Positions 33,335 to 43,947 of a DNA stretch of 64,000 nt are shown in pieces. Below the pieces are notes generated by a model. It saw only the letters and a list, made by a program, of their open reading frames with translations. It was not told the origin of the DNA and did no database searches. Made by a program: the position numbers and the translations under genes. The DNA comes from an uncultured delta proteobacterium. GTDB lineage: Bacteria > Desulfobacterota > Binatia > Binatales > Binataceae. The stretch spans positions 839,749-903,748 of the forward strand of contig CAWFDW010000001.1 of NCBI GenBank assembly GCA_963814715.1. The letters are read 5' to 3'. Numbering within the stretch: position 1 is the first letter of the stretch; every line of letters begins with the position of its first letter.

Positions 33335-34078
33335 ATGAGTATTTTTCGCGAATTGACAGAAGGCCTGCCGCGACAAGCGCCCGGCTCCACGGCGGCAACG
33401 CTGCGCGCGCTCGGCCTGGTACGCGGATTGCCGATCGCGCCGCGAATCCTCGACGTCGGATGCGGTCCTGGCGCGCAGACGATCGATCTTGCGCGCGCCA
33501 CCAGCGGATGGATCGTCGCGGTCGACATCCGCCAGCGCTTCCTCGACGAATTGACCGAACGCGCCGCCGCCGCCGGAGTTCTGCCGCAAGTGACAACGGT
33601 CAACACCTCGATGTTCGACATGGACTTCGCCGACGCGTCTTTCGATCTGATCTGGTCCGAGGGCGCCATCTACATACAAGGATTCGCCACCGGCCTCGCC
33701 GCATGGCGCCGCTTCCTGAAGCCCGGCGGATGGATCGTCGCATCCGAACTGACCTGGTTGGTGCCGAATCCACCGGCCGAGGCCGCCGAATATTGGGCGC
33801 GCAACTATCCGGGCATGGGCTCGATCGAGCGCAACTGCCAGCTCGTCGCCGAAGCAGGCTACGTGAGCATGGACGGCTTCGTGCTCCCAGTGCAGGACTG
33901 GTGGAACAACTACTACGATCCCGCCGAGCGCCGCGTCGAAGAGCTGCGCGAAAAGTACGCCGACAATCCCGAGGTACTCGCAACCCTCGACGAGACGACC
34001 CGCGAGCACGATCTCTTCCGCGCCCATTCCGATTCCTACGGCTACGTCTTCTACGTAATGCGCAAACCCACGTCCTGA
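33335..34078 (+). CDS. Class I SAM-dependent methyltransferase
   Basis: LPRQAPGS, ILDVGCGPG, FDLIWSEGAIY, YGYVFY. Confidence 0.9.
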   Translation: MSIFRELTEGLPRQAPGSTAATLRALGLVRGLPIAPRILDVGCGPGAQTIDLARATSGWIVAVDIRQRFLDELTERAAAAGVLPQVTTVNTSMFDMDFADASFDLIWSEGAIYIQGFATGLAAWRRFLKPGGWIVASELTWLVPNPPAEAAEYWARNYPGMGSIERNCQLVAEAGYVSMDGFVLPVQDWWNNYYDPAERRVEELREKYADNPEVLATLDETTREHDLFRAHSDSYGYVFYVMRKPTS

Positions 34079-34117
34079 TTTCTGGTCTTATATCCTCGCC
34101 CGTTCCCCTCCCCGCGT

Positions 34118-34289
34118 CCGGTTCCCCTTCCCGCTCGGGAAGGGGTTAGGGGTTAGGTTGTCCGCATCATCAACCCTGCCCGCGGCTCCTCCCCCCGCCC
34201 CTGAGAGCAAAGTAGCGCGCCGCGCGCAACTTTGCGCTTAACACTGGGTGCAGGGGTCACCCCTGCCGCCCGCCGCGCAGGCGATTGTG
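34118..34289 (+). repeat. Composite ~175-bp structured repeat (REP plus two hairpins), copy 1
   Basis: Closely matches 44543-44726. Confidence 0.85.
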
Positions 34290-34363
34290 TTCCTCGCTTT
34301 CATTTCCCCCCGATCTGGGTTACCTGTTGCGATACAAATCATTAAGACCTCGCGAGGATCGAA

Positions 34364-35554
34364 ATGGACTTTTCGCTGACCCCCAAGACCGAACAGTTGC
34401 GCAAGCGCGTCTCCGACTTCATGGATCAGTACGTCTTCCCCATCGAAAAAGAAGTTCAGCGCGCGATGGGCGAGAGCGGCAATACCGAGCCGCAATCGCT
34501 GAAGGACGTCCGCAAAAAAGCCAAGGCCGAAGGCCTCTGGAATCTCTTCCTGCCCGACGAGAAATTCGGCGCCGGCCTCAAGAACTACGAATACGCTCCG
34601 CTGTGCGAGCTGATGGGCCGCAGCTCGATCGGCGCGCGCGCTTTCAACTGCATGGCGCCCGACACCGGCAACATGGAAATCCTCGCCGAGTTCGGCACTC
34701 CCGATCAGAAAAAGCAGTGGCTGCAGAAATGCCTCGACGGCGAGATTCGCACCTGCTTCTCGATGACCGAGCCTGACACTCCGGGCTCCGATCCGACGCA
34801 GCTCAAGACCCGCGCGGTTCGCGACGGCGACAACTACGTCATCAACGGCCACAAGTGGTTCACGTCGAATGCGATCGGCTCGGCCTTCGCGATCGCGATG
34901 GTCGTGACGGATCCCGACGCGGAGCCGCATCGCCGCGCCAGCCAGATAATCGTTCCGACCGACACTCCGGGATTCAACCTGATTCGCCCGGTGCCCGTGA
35001 TGGGCCATACCGGCGGCGGCGGGCATTGCGAAATTATCTACAAGGACTGCCGCGTGCCGGTGACCAATCTGCTCGGCGAGGAAGGCGGCGGCTTCGCGAT
35101 CTCGCAAGCGCGCCTCGGCCCCGGACGCATCCATCATTGCATGCGCACCATCGGCATCGCGGAGCGCGCGCTCGAGCTGATGTGCAAGCGGGCGAGCACG
35201 CGCTTCACCCACGGCAGTTTTCTCGCCGACAAATCGAACATCCAGGAATGGATCGCCAACTCGCGAATCGAGATCGACTCGTGCCGCCTGATGGTCATGC
35301 ATGCGGCGTGGAAGATGGACACCGTGGGCAAGCGCGACTCGCGCAACGAGATCGCGATGATCAAGGTGATGTGCGCGAACATGGTGATGATCGTGCTCGA
35401 TCGCGCAATCCAGGTGTTCGGCGCAGCCGGCGTCAGCGACGACTTCCCGCTCGCACGGATGTGGCGCGACAGCCGCGCACTCCGCATCGCCGACGGCCCC
35501 GACGAAGTACATCGCATGACAATCGCGCGCCGCGAACTGCGCAAGTACAAATGA
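34364..35554 (+). CDS. Acyl-CoA dehydrogenase (ACAD10/11-like)
   Basis: GLWNLFLP, NCMAPDTGNMEIL, MTEP, INGHKWFTS, QARLGPGRIHHCMR, RIADGPDEVH. Confidence 0.95.
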   Translation: MDFSLTPKTEQLRKRVSDFMDQYVFPIEKEVQRAMGESGNTEPQSLKDVRKKAKAEGLWNLFLPDEKFGAGLKNYEYAPLCELMGRSSIGARAFNCMAPDTGNMEILAEFGTPDQKKQWLQKCLDGEIRTCFSMTEPDTPGSDPTQLKTRAVRDGDNYVINGHKWFTSNAIGSAFAIAMVVTDPDAEPHRRASQIIVPTDTPGFNLIRPVPVMGHTGGGGHCEIIYKDCRVPVTNLLGEEGGGFAISQARLGPGRIHHCMRTIGIAERALELMCKRASTRFTHGSFLADKSNIQEWIANSRIEIDSCRLMVMHAAWKMDTVGKRDSRNEIAMIKVMCANMVMIVLDRAIQVFGAAGVSDDFPLARMWRDSRALRIADGPDEVHRMTIARRELRKYK

Positions 35555-35600
35555 CCCCGAGGCAGTTGAGACGAAAACTTTGACGCTGCTAAACTCGATT

Positions 35601-35730
35601 GTTCCTCTTCCCGCTCGGGAAGAGGCTACTCTCCACAATCCGGTTCCCCTTCCCGCTCGGGAAGAGGTTCTACGGTCTGCTGACTAATCCGGTTCCCCTT
35701 CCCGCTCGGGAAGGGGTTAGGGGTTAGGTT
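35601..35730 (+). repeat. Tandem triplet of CCCCTTCCCG-CT-CGGGAAG REP units
   Basis: Shares the linker AGGCTACTCTCCACAATCCGG with the 27271-27399 array. Confidence 0.85.
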
Positions 35731-35747
35731 GCCTGGTCCCATCACCC

Positions 35748-36898
35748 ATGCCTGAACGCGATAGAAATCGTCCCCGAATTCGGCGACGTCCGCGACGAGG
35801 AGCAGCTCGACTGGAGCAAGCTCGCCGCGTACCTGCGCGACAAGGTTCCCGGCGCCGACGCGCCGATGACCGTCAAGCAGTTCCGCGGCGGCTCCTCGAA
35901 TCTCACCTACCTGCTGCGCTTCGGCGACCGCGAATGGGTGATGCGCCGGCCGCCGTTCGGCCCGCTGCCCGTCGGCGGTCACGACATGGGCCGCGAGTAC
36001 AAAGTGCTCTCGCGGCTGTGGGAAGTCTTCAAGCCGGCGCCGCGCGGGATGCTCTTCAGCGACGACGTGTCGATCGTCGGCGCGCCTTTCTTCGTGATGG
36101 AACGCCGCACCGGCATCGTGATCAAGAATCGTCAGCCGCTGCCCGTCGAGCTAGGCACCGATCCCGCCGGCTTCCGCGCAATGTCAGAGGGATTCATCGA
36201 CACGCTCGCCGATTTGCACGGTGTCGATTACGCGCGCGATCGGACTCGCGACACTCGGCAAGCCCGACGGATTCCTGAAGCGTCAGATCACCGGCTGGAT
36301 GGCGCGATGGGAAAAAGCCAAAACCCGCGAAGTCCCTCTGATGGAAAAACTCGGCGCATGGTTCCTCGACAACATGCCCGTGTCGCCGCCGCCGGTGCTC
36401 GTGCATAACGACTTCTATCTGCACAACGTAATGGTCGGTGCGGTGAATCACGGCGAGATAGTCGGCGTCTTCGACTGGGAAATGTCGACGATCGGCGATC
36501 CGCTCGTCGATCTCGGCATCGTGATGAACTACTGGCGCGACAAGAACGACCCACCCGAACTGCTCGGCACTTCGCAGGGCGAAGCACACACGCTGCGCCC
36601 CGGCTTCCTGACCCGCGACGAACTACTACATCGCTATTCAAGCCGCACCGGCCGCGACGTAAGCGCGATGCCGTACTACTGGGCATGGGCGCACTGGAAA
36701 ACCGCGACGGTCGTCGAGCAAATCTACGTCCGCTACGTCCGCGGCCAAACCACAGATCCCCGCTTCGCCCTGATGGGTCCGATGGCCCCCGCCCTGGCGC
36801 TGGCCGCCGCGCAAGTAGCTTCGCGCCTAGGCTTCAAGCCTAAACTTCTCTTAGTCCGGTTCCTTCTCGCTCATAACTTGGGCGCTGTTCGATTCTGA
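35748..36898 (+). CDS. APH-like phosphotransferase (ACAD10/11 N-domain partner); frameshifts near 35765 and 36235
   Basis: QFRGGSSNLTYLL, RRPP, HDMGREY, LVHNDF, VFDWEMSTIGDPLVDLG. Confidence 0.88.
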
Positions 36899-37029
36899 GG
36901 TCGCCACGACGGTCACCTTTGTGCGTCCATATCTCACGCATCAAGAGTGTCATCGGTCGTGGCCGGCTAAGCAAAGCCCCACGCGCCGAATTGCGACAAC
37001 TTTGATCTTTCAAGTGAGGAACATCGCAT

Positions 37030-38370
37030 ATGACATTAAATCGTTTCTCAACATCGCTGCGCTCGCATTTGCGATTGCCGTGCTTTCCACGGCCATCCCT
37101 GCGGGCGCCCAGGTTAAACCCGGAGACGTCATCACTCCGGACAACGCGTCAAAGGTCGAGTCGTTGGTCAGTCCCGGGAACTTCATTCTCGTCAAGCAAG
37201 GCATGACGATGAAAATAGTCCCGACCGGCCACCTTGATTGGCCGCCGCCCTACAAGGACGCCACCGAACGATATTCGCCGCAGGTTTCGCTCAGCTTCGG
37301 ACGGCGAGCTGAAGGGCTACGTCGCCGGCCTGCCGTTTCCGCTCGTCGATGCGAACGACCCCGAATGCTGCAACCAAGATCATGTGGAACTTCCAGTTCC
37401 GACCGCTCCACACCGACGACCTGGATTCGCGCGGCGTCGAAGCTGTCAGTCATCACGCTGGTTCCGCCAAATGAGGTCGAGCACTTTACCTTCGGCCATC
37501 TCGGCTTCTACAACTCCGTCGGGAGAACCGAGGTCGCTCCGATGCCGATAGATCCGGACCTTATGAAGACCGGCATCGCGTCACGCTCGGGCGCGTTTCC
37601 AATCCTCGAGCCTGCCGAAATGCGCGGCGCCGGAATAGTCAGCGAGCGCTCCGCAATCCCCGGGCAGTGAAGACGCGTCGTGGGAATACAGCTCCAACAC
37701 CCGAAGACTGAGGCGCCTGCCTGCAGCACGAACTCTCGGATACCTTCGGAGTCGCCGCTGACGGCGCGGCAGGAGACGCAGTCCGGCGGTGCGAGCGGCG
37801 CAACGACCTACGCCTCCACCTGGGATCCCGATTCCGCGTTTGGTTTTTCCGCAAAAATCGAGGACTACAGCTACCGTCTGCTAGGCGAGCGCTCGATGCT
37901 CGCGTCGGTGGAAGCGGCGAATTCTCCCGCACAGGCATGCGCGAACGACGACGGCCGTACCGTCTGCCCCGAGAATTGGGAAATGCGCCACCTCTACGTG
38001 ATCGAAGCGACTGCGAAGCCGCGCTCTATCTGGCGGTAACATGATTATTCCCAAGCGCATTCTCTACGTCGATTCCGAAGGATGGTTCATCACCGCCTCG
38101 GATCAATTCGACAACAACGGACAGCTCTGGAAAACGCTCGCGACCTTCCATGCATATCGCGACCGCGCCCTGCCCAACTCGACGGTAGCGATCTGGCCGT
38201 TCAAACGGATGTTCGAAACCGCGCTGGTTGACGAAGATATAACCAGCGGCTTTTCGACCGTGGTCTATTCACCGGGCCCGGCCAGTCAGACCGACAGCCT
38301 GTTCGTAAACATGGGCGCCATCGACCGCACCTTCTTCACCCCCGCAAAGATGGTCCAGGAAGGCCACTAA
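37030..38370 (+). CDS. DUF1329 family secreted protein (several frameshifts)
   Basis: Signal peptide; VKPGDVIT..N, YVAGLPFP, WE.R..YVIEA, KRILYVDSEGW, DQFDNNGQLWK. Confidence 0.75.
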
Positions 38371-38379
38371 TCACGCAAT

Positions 38380-38419
38380 CAGGTGGCGATGCGCAAATGA
38401 CGCATCGCCACCTGTCTTT
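38380..38419 (+). terminator. Intrinsic terminator
   Basis: CAGGTGGCGATGCG-CAAATGA-CGCATCGCCACCTG-TCTTT, a perfect 14-bp stem. Confidence 0.7.
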
Positions 38420-38606
38420 GTCATCCCGTCCGAAAGCGAATCTCGCCTCTCGCTATCAGGGAGAGGCCGACGTTCGTCTTCGAACGGCGGGTGACGGTCC
38501 AAATTCCTGGTTTCCTCTCTTCTGCAATTTCCGCTTTCAATTCTGTTTTTGTGTCATCCTGAGCACAGCGAAGGATCTCGCGCGCAGCGCGTCAAGGTAC
38601 GCAGGT

Positions 38607-38916
38607 ATGGCCCGCAAAAAGAAAATACCCCCGCTTCACCCAGGCGAAGTCCTGTACGAGGACTTCATCGTCCCGACCGGCATCAGCGTCCATCGACTCG
38701 CGATGGATCTGCGCGTGCCGGCCAACCGGATCGCGGAAATCGTTAAGGGTGCAGCGCGCAATCTCCGCAGACACCGCGCTTCGCCTCTCCCGCTATCTCG
38801 GCACGTCGGCGGAATTCTGGCTCGGCTTGCAAAGCGACTACGATCTCGAAAAAGCCAAGGACGAGCTGGCGCCAAGAATCGAGCGCGAGGTCCATCCCCG
38901 CAAACGCGCGGCATGA
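38607..38916 (+). CDS. HigA-family antitoxin, no adjacent toxin (frameshift near 38750)
   Basis: PPLHPGEVLYEDF...RIAEIVKG / AISADTALRLSRYLGTSAEFWLGLQSDYDL. Confidence 0.85.
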
Positions 38917-39013
38917 CCCTGATTCCGTCGTGCCCTTTTCAGCGCGCGGCAAGTACGCTATCCAAGGAATAAAGGCGGGTATAATCTTGACCTCGACCGG
39001 AGGTTCTCCACTC

Positions 39014-39884
39014 TTGCACGCTATCAATTACGAAGCCCCTAGCACGCTCGATCAGGCGGTCAGTATCCTCAAAACTCACGGCGAAAACGCCCGCCCATTC
39101 TGCGGCGGCACCGACATCCTCATCCAGCTCCGCGCCGGAGTCCGCCGCACCGAGCATCTCGTTGACGTCAAGAAAATCAAGGAACTGCAGACTCTCTCCT
39201 TCGATGCGAAAAAGGGATTGCGCCTCGGCGCGGCAGTCCCGTGCATCGAGATCGGCGAAAGCGACGTGATGCGCAAGCACTACCCCGGCCTGACCGAGGC
39301 GGCACAACTGATCGGCTCGCTGCAGATTCAGAATCGCGCCTCGGTCGGCGGCAATCTGTGCAATGGATCGCCCGGCCGCCGACACGACGCCCGCGCTGAT
39401 CGCGCTCGGCGCGCGGGCCCGAATCGTCGGCCCAGCCGGCGAGCGCGAGGTGCCGGTCGAATCTTTCGTCGTCTCTCCTGGACGCACTGTTCTCAAGCCC
39501 GGCGAGCTGCTCGTCGAATTGCTGATTCCCGCGCCCGCGCCGCATTCGAGCGACGCCTATCTTCGATTCATCCCGCGTAACGAGATGGATATCGCGGTGG
39601 TCGGCGTCGGCGCATCGGTCACCCTCGACGGCGACAAGGTGAAGGCCGCGCGTATCGGACTCGGTGCAGTCGCGGCGACTCCACTGCTCGCGAGCAAAGC
39701 TGCCGACGCGCTCGTCGGCAAGAAACTCGACGATGCTTCCCTCGAGGCCGCTGGTCATGCTGCGAGCGAAATCTGCAAGCCAATCGACGACATGCGCGGG
39801 ACGATCGATTTTCGAGTCCACGTCACCGGCGTGCTGACGCGCCGCGCGCTGACAATCGCGGCCGACCGCGCGAAAAAGAGCTGA
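39014..39884 (+). CDS. Xanthine dehydrogenase family FAD-binding subunit (frameshift near 39372)
   Basis: GGTDIL, IGSLQIQNRASVGGNLCNGSP, PIDDMRGT. Confidence 0.9.
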
Positions 39885-39907
39885 ATCAAAACATACGGCA
39901 TAGAGAT

Positions 39908-40408
39908 ATGAAAAAGACCCTTGTTGAAGCGACGATCAACGGCGAAACGGTCGAGTTCCTGTGCGAGCCGCGTCAAAGCCTGCTCGAAACATTGCGCGAC
40001 GTGCTCGAACTCACCGGCTCTAAGGAAGGATGCCTGACTGGCGATTGCGGCGCATGCACCGTGATGGTCGATGGCCGCGCGATCGACTCGTGCCTGATGC
40101 TCGGCGTCGAGGCGCAAGGCAAAAAAATCGATACCGTCGAGGGACTCGCCACGCAGGGCGTGCTCAGCGTTTTGCAGAACAAGTTTCTCGAGCACGCGAG
40201 CCTGCAATGCGGCATCTGCACCCCGGGATTTTTGATCTCGGCAACGGCGCTGCTCGATCGCAATCCGAAACCGACCGAGCCCGAAGTTCGCTACGCGCTG
40301 GCCGGCAATCTCTGCCGATGCACCGGCTACGACAAAATTGTGAAAGCTGTGCTCGACGCCGCCGCGGATATTCGCTCGCAAGGCGAAGGCAAAGCGGCCG
40401 CGCGTTAG
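39908..40408 (+). CDS. Xanthine dehydrogenase family 2Fe-2S subunit
   Basis: GCLTGDCGACTV, QCGICTPG, GNLCRCTGY. Confidence 0.95.
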   Translation: MKKTLVEATINGETVEFLCEPRQSLLETLRDVLELTGSKEGCLTGDCGACTVMVDGRAIDSCLMLGVEAQGKKIDTVEGLATQGVLSVLQNKFLEHASLQCGICTPGFLISATALLDRNPKPTEPEVRYALAGNLCRCTGYDKIVKAVLDAAADIRSQGEGKAAAR

Positions 40409-40450
40409 AGCATAGCAACGACGCTGAGATTCGAGAGGTAAAAATAGCCC

Positions 40451-42739
40451 ATGGCGGCATCAACTACGACTGGCAATTTCAAAGTTATCGGCACGCGTCC
40501 GATTCGGCACGACGGCGTCGACAAGGTAACCGGCCGCGCCAAGTACGGCGCCGACTACGCGTTCCCCGGGATGCTGCACGGCAAGGTCCTGCGCAGCCCG
40601 CACGCGCACGCGAATATCAAATCGATCAATATCGACAAGGCGCTCAAGCTCCCCGGCGTCAAGGCGATCGTCACCGGTAAGGATCTGCCGAAGGCCGAGA
40701 ACAAGCTCGAGCAGTCGGGCGAGATGGTCATCAACCCGATGTATCTCTCGATGAACATCCTCGCGCACGACAAGGTCCTCTACGACGGCCACGCGATCGC
40801 CGCCGTCGCCGCGACCAGCCCGCATATCGCCGAGGAGGCCCTGCGCCTCATCGAAGTCGAGTACGAAGTGCTGCCCCCGGTGATGACCGTCGACGTCGCC
40901 ACCAGGCCGGGCGCGCCGATTCTGCTGAAGGATCTCCGCAACAAGGAGGAAGGCGACAAGCAGACCAACGTCGCGCAGCACTACCAGTTCAAGCGCGGTG
41001 ACGTTGAGGCAGGATTCAAGGCCGCCGACTACGTGATCGAGCGCGAGTTCAACACCGCGATGGTCCATCAGGGATACATCGAGCCGCACAACGCGGTCGG
41101 TATCTACAACTCCGACGGACAGGCGACGATCTACTGCTCGACGCAGGGCGCCTTCGACGTGCGCTCGCTCAGCGCACAAGTCCTCGGGATGCCGGTCGGC
41201 CATATCAAGGTCGTGCCTGCCGAAATCGGCGGCGGCTTCGGCGGCAAGACCACCATCTATCTCGAGCCGCTGTCTGTCCTGCTCTCGAAGAAGACCGGCG
41301 CGCCCGTGAAGCTCGTCATGTCGCGCTCGGAGGTGCTGCGCGCCAGCGGCCCGACCTCCGGCTCGAAGATCAAAGTGAAGATGGGCGCGACCAAGGACGG
41401 CAAACTCGTCGCCGCCGAAATCTGGATGGCCTACGAAGCCGGCGCGTTCCCCGGCTCGCCGGTCGGCGCGGGCGCGATGTGCATCATCGCTCCTTACACC
41501 GTCGAGAATTTCGTGATCGATGCGTACGACGTCGTCGTCAATCGCCCCAAGACCGCGGCCTACCGCGCGCCGGGCGCAACCAACGCGGCGTTCGCCTCCG
41601 AAACGATCATCGACGAACTGGCCGAAAAATGCGGAATCGATCCGATCGACTTCCGCCTCAAGAACGCGGTCAAGGAAGGCGCGGCGCAGGTCGTCGGTCC
41701 TCCCTTCAAGCGCATCGGTTTGATCCAGACGCTCGAAGGAATCAAGAACAGCCCGCATTACAAATCGAAGCTGACCGGCAAGTTCCGCGGACGCGGCGTC
41801 GCGTCGGGCTTCTGGTTCAACGCCGGGATGCAATCGTCGGCGACCGTGAATATCCACGCCGACGGAACCGCCAGCGTCGTGACCGGCTCGCCGGATATCG
41901 GCGGCTCGCGCGCCTCGATGGCGATGATCACCGCCGAAGTTCTCGGACTCCCGGTGACCGACGTGCGCCCGATCACCGCCGACACCGATTCGATCGGCCA
42001 TACCGACGTGACCGGCGGCAGCCGCGTCACTTTCGCAACCGGCATGGCGGTGTACGAGGCCGCCAAGGACGCCGAGCGCCAGTTGATCGAGCGCGCCGCC
42101 AAAGTCTGGGAGAAAAAGCCCGACGAGGTGGAATTCCGCGACGGCATGCTCCACGCGAAAGGCAACGGCGTCCCGCCGCTATCGATCAAACAACTCGCCC
42201 CCCGCTTCCCGCGCACCGGCGGACCGATCACCGGTCGCGCGAGTGTGAATGCGCGCGGCGTCGGCCCCGGATTCGCGACGACGCTGGTCGACGTCGAAGT
42301 CGATCCCGACACCGGCAAGGTGCAAATCCTGCGATGCACCATCGCGCAGGATGCCGGCAAGGCGATTCATCCGAGCTACGTCGAAGGACAGATGCAGGGC
42401 GGCACCGCGCAGGGACTCGGATGGGCGCTCAACGAAGAATATTTTTACGACGACAAGGGCACGCTGCGTAACTCCGGATTCCTCGACTACCGCATGCCGA
42501 CCTGCCTCGACTTGCCGATGATCGAGACCGTTGTCATCGAGGAAGCGAACCCCGGCCATCCGCTGGGCGTGCGCGGCGTCGGCGAAGTGTCGATCGTGCC
42601 GCCGGTCGCAGCGGTGGCCAACGCGATCTATCGCGCGGTGGGCGTGCGCATGATCGAAACGCCGATGTCGCCGCCGAAACTGCTGAAGGCGATGCTCAAG
42701 CATCGTGACTCGACAAAACATTCCGCAGCGGCGGATTGA
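40451..42739 (+). CDS. Xanthine dehydrogenase family molybdopterin-binding large subunit
   Basis: KVTGRAKY, LRSPHAHA, GGGFGGK, AYRAPG, EGQMQGG, GVGE. Confidence 0.93.
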   Translation: MAASTTTGNFKVIGTRPIRHDGVDKVTGRAKYGADYAFPGMLHGKVLRSPHAHANIKSINIDKALKLPGVKAIVTGKDLPKAENKLEQSGEMVINPMYLSMNILAHDKVLYDGHAIAAVAATSPHIAEEALRLIEVEYEVLPPVMTVDVATRPGAPILLKDLRNKEEGDKQTNVAQHYQFKRGDVEAGFKAADYVIEREFNTAMVHQGYIEPHNAVGIYNSDGQATIYCSTQGAFDVRSLSAQVLGMPVGHIKVVPAEIGGGFGGKTTIYLEPLSVLLSKKTGAPVKLVMSRSEVLRASGPTSGSKIKVKMGATKDGKLVAAEIWMAYEAGAFPGSPVGAGAMCIIAPYTVENFVIDAYDVVVNRPKTAAYRAPGATNAAFASETIIDELAEKCGIDPIDFRLKNAVKEGAAQVVGPPFKRIGLIQTLEGIKNSPHYKSKLTGKFRGRGVASGFWFNAGMQSSATVNIHADGTASVVTGSPDIGGSRASMAMITAEVLGLPVTDVRPITADTDSIGHTDVTGGSRVTFATGMAVYEAAKDAERQLIERAAKVWEKKPDEVEFRDGMLHAKGNGVPPLSIKQLAPRFPRTGGPITGRASVNARGVGPGFATTLVDVEVDPDTGKVQILRCTIAQDAGKAIHPSYVEGQMQGGTAQGLGWALNEEYFYDDKGTLRNSGFLDYRMPTCLDLPMIETVVIEEANPGHPLGVRGVGEVSIVPPVAAVANAIYRAVGVRMIETPMSPPKLLKAMLKHRDSTKHSAAAD

Positions 42740-42797
42740 TCAGAAGTGATCGAAAAAGGGGCGGGCGAAAGTGTCGCTCGCCCCTTCTAATTCTGCA

Positions 42798-43067
42798 ATG
42801 CCGACCGTTATCATTCCCGCACTGCTACGCAAATTTACCGGTGGTATCGAGCGCGTCAGCGTCCCGGGAAAATCAATCCGCGAGCTCGTCCGACAACTTG
42901 GCGATCAGTTTCCTGGAATCGACCAGCAGTTATTACAAGACGGCGATATCCGTCCGTCGATCGCCGTCTCGATCGACGGCGAAATCGCCACCGGTGGCGT
43001 TCTCGATACCGTTAACGAAGACAGCGAGGTTCATTTCATACCCGCGCTGGGCGGCGGCGAGTGCTGA
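42798..43067 (+). CDS. MoaD/ThiS-family sulfur carrier
   Basis: MPTVIIPALLRK..., ends FIPALGGGEC. Confidence 0.85.
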   Translation: MPTVIIPALLRKFTGGIERVSVPGKSIRELVRQLGDQFPGIDQQLLQDGDIRPSIAVSIDGEIATGGVLDTVNEDSEVHFIPALGGGEC

Positions 43068-43118
43068 GCGTCACGAAAAAGTGCTCAAAAACTATAAATC
43101 GAGCCATCCTGATTGTTA

Positions 43119-43146
43119 TTGCAACACGCGCGCACTTGTATAGAAT
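43119..43146 (+). promoter_or_regulatory. Sigma70-like promoter TTGCAA-N16-TAGAAT
   Basis: Near-consensus -35/-10 boxes in an AT-rich gap; no credible + strand CDS follows. Confidence 0.55.
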
Positions 43147-43150
43147 ACAG

Positions 43151-43229
43151 GTGCTGGCCGGGGTTTGCCCCCCTTTTCCCGGTTGGCTACGGGCCGGGTG
43201 GAGCAATCTGCCTGGCCCTAATCTTTTTT
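43151..43229 (+). ncRNA. Candidate two-hairpin small RNA
   Basis: Follows the promoter; stem GCUGGCCGGG/CCCGGUUGGC with a CCCCCCUUUU-containing loop; terminator GGGCCGGGUGGA-GCAA-UCUGCCUGGCCC plus U6. Confidence 0.5.
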
Positions 43230-43332
43230 GCTCGCAATGGCTCCCTGAGCGGCCCCGCCCAATCCAGGTTCATGCCAATACTCTGACCGCAGCGACGATT
43301 TGAGTCATTAGACTGCTCGACGCTCTTCTTCT

Positions 43333-43434
43333 GTTCCCCCTTTCCAACTGGAAAGGGGGCGAGGGGGATAGGATGGCGCGATTGCGTCTTGGTGTTCCCC
43401 TTCCCCTTTGAGGGGAAGGGGCCAGGGGTTAGGG
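43333..43434 (+). repeat. Two divergent variants of the CCCCTTCCC...GGGAAGGGG REP
   Basis: TTCCCCCTTTCCAACTGGAAAGGGGG..GGGGGATAGG and TTCCCCTTCCCCTTTGAGGGGAAGGGG..GGGGTTAGGG. Confidence 0.7.
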
Positions 43435-43472
43435 CTCTGTTCTTAAAGATATTCGCGCAGCGCTCCGCCGCG

Positions 43473-43871
43473 TCAGCTCATGAAGACTTCGCGCACGTGA
43501 TTCGTATCATTGTACTCGCGCACCTGCGCGATTTTGTCGCCCTTGAACATCACGTAGAAGTGATATCGATTCGCGTATTTCTTTCCGTTGCCGGCCGTCG
43601 TATCTGATTCCGCTTGAACCGCGACGTGCGGCCCTTCGGCGATTACCGTAATCAGCTTGATGTTCAGGCCGTTGGGGAACATCGCCTTCAGCATCGGCGG
43701 CGTCGATTTCAGGAACGCCTCCTTGCCGCGTATCGGTGCGACTCCGGGCAGCCGCCCCATCATCTCGAATTCGAAATCGTCCGCAAGCAAATCCTGGTAC
43801 GACGATGCGTCCGGCTTTTCAAGGCCCCTTAGAAAAGTGAGCGCGCGTTCCTTCTGCTGTTCAAGATTCAT
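43473..43871 (-). CDS. NTF2/SnoaL-like protein
   Basis: LLADDF, GKEAF, IAEGPHVAV, YANRYHF..F..DKIAQVREY.DT. Confidence 0.85.
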   Translation of the reverse strand: MNLEQQKERALTFLRGLEKPDASSYQDLLADDFEFEMMGRLPGVAPIRGKEAFLKSTPPMLKAMFPNGLNIKLITVIAEGPHVAVQAESDTTAGNGKKYANRYHFYVMFKGDKIAQVREYNDTNHVREVFMS

Positions 43872-43947
43872 CTTAAATCTCCCGATGAAAAACCGGCGGC
43901 CGCGCGCACTGTCCGCATGCGGCCGCCGACAATTCTGTTGTCTGTCT

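Noticed and set aside
2691-42154. Long antisense ORFs (e.g. 2691..4139, 30123..31553, 34238..35638, 40460..42154)
   Set aside because: Shadow ORFs opposite well-supported genes in high-GC DNA, with no recognisable motifs
40451-42739. Aerobic CO dehydrogenase (coxL)
   Set aside because: The active-site loop is AYRAPG, not form I AYxCSFR or form II AYxGAGR; substrate cannot be assigned
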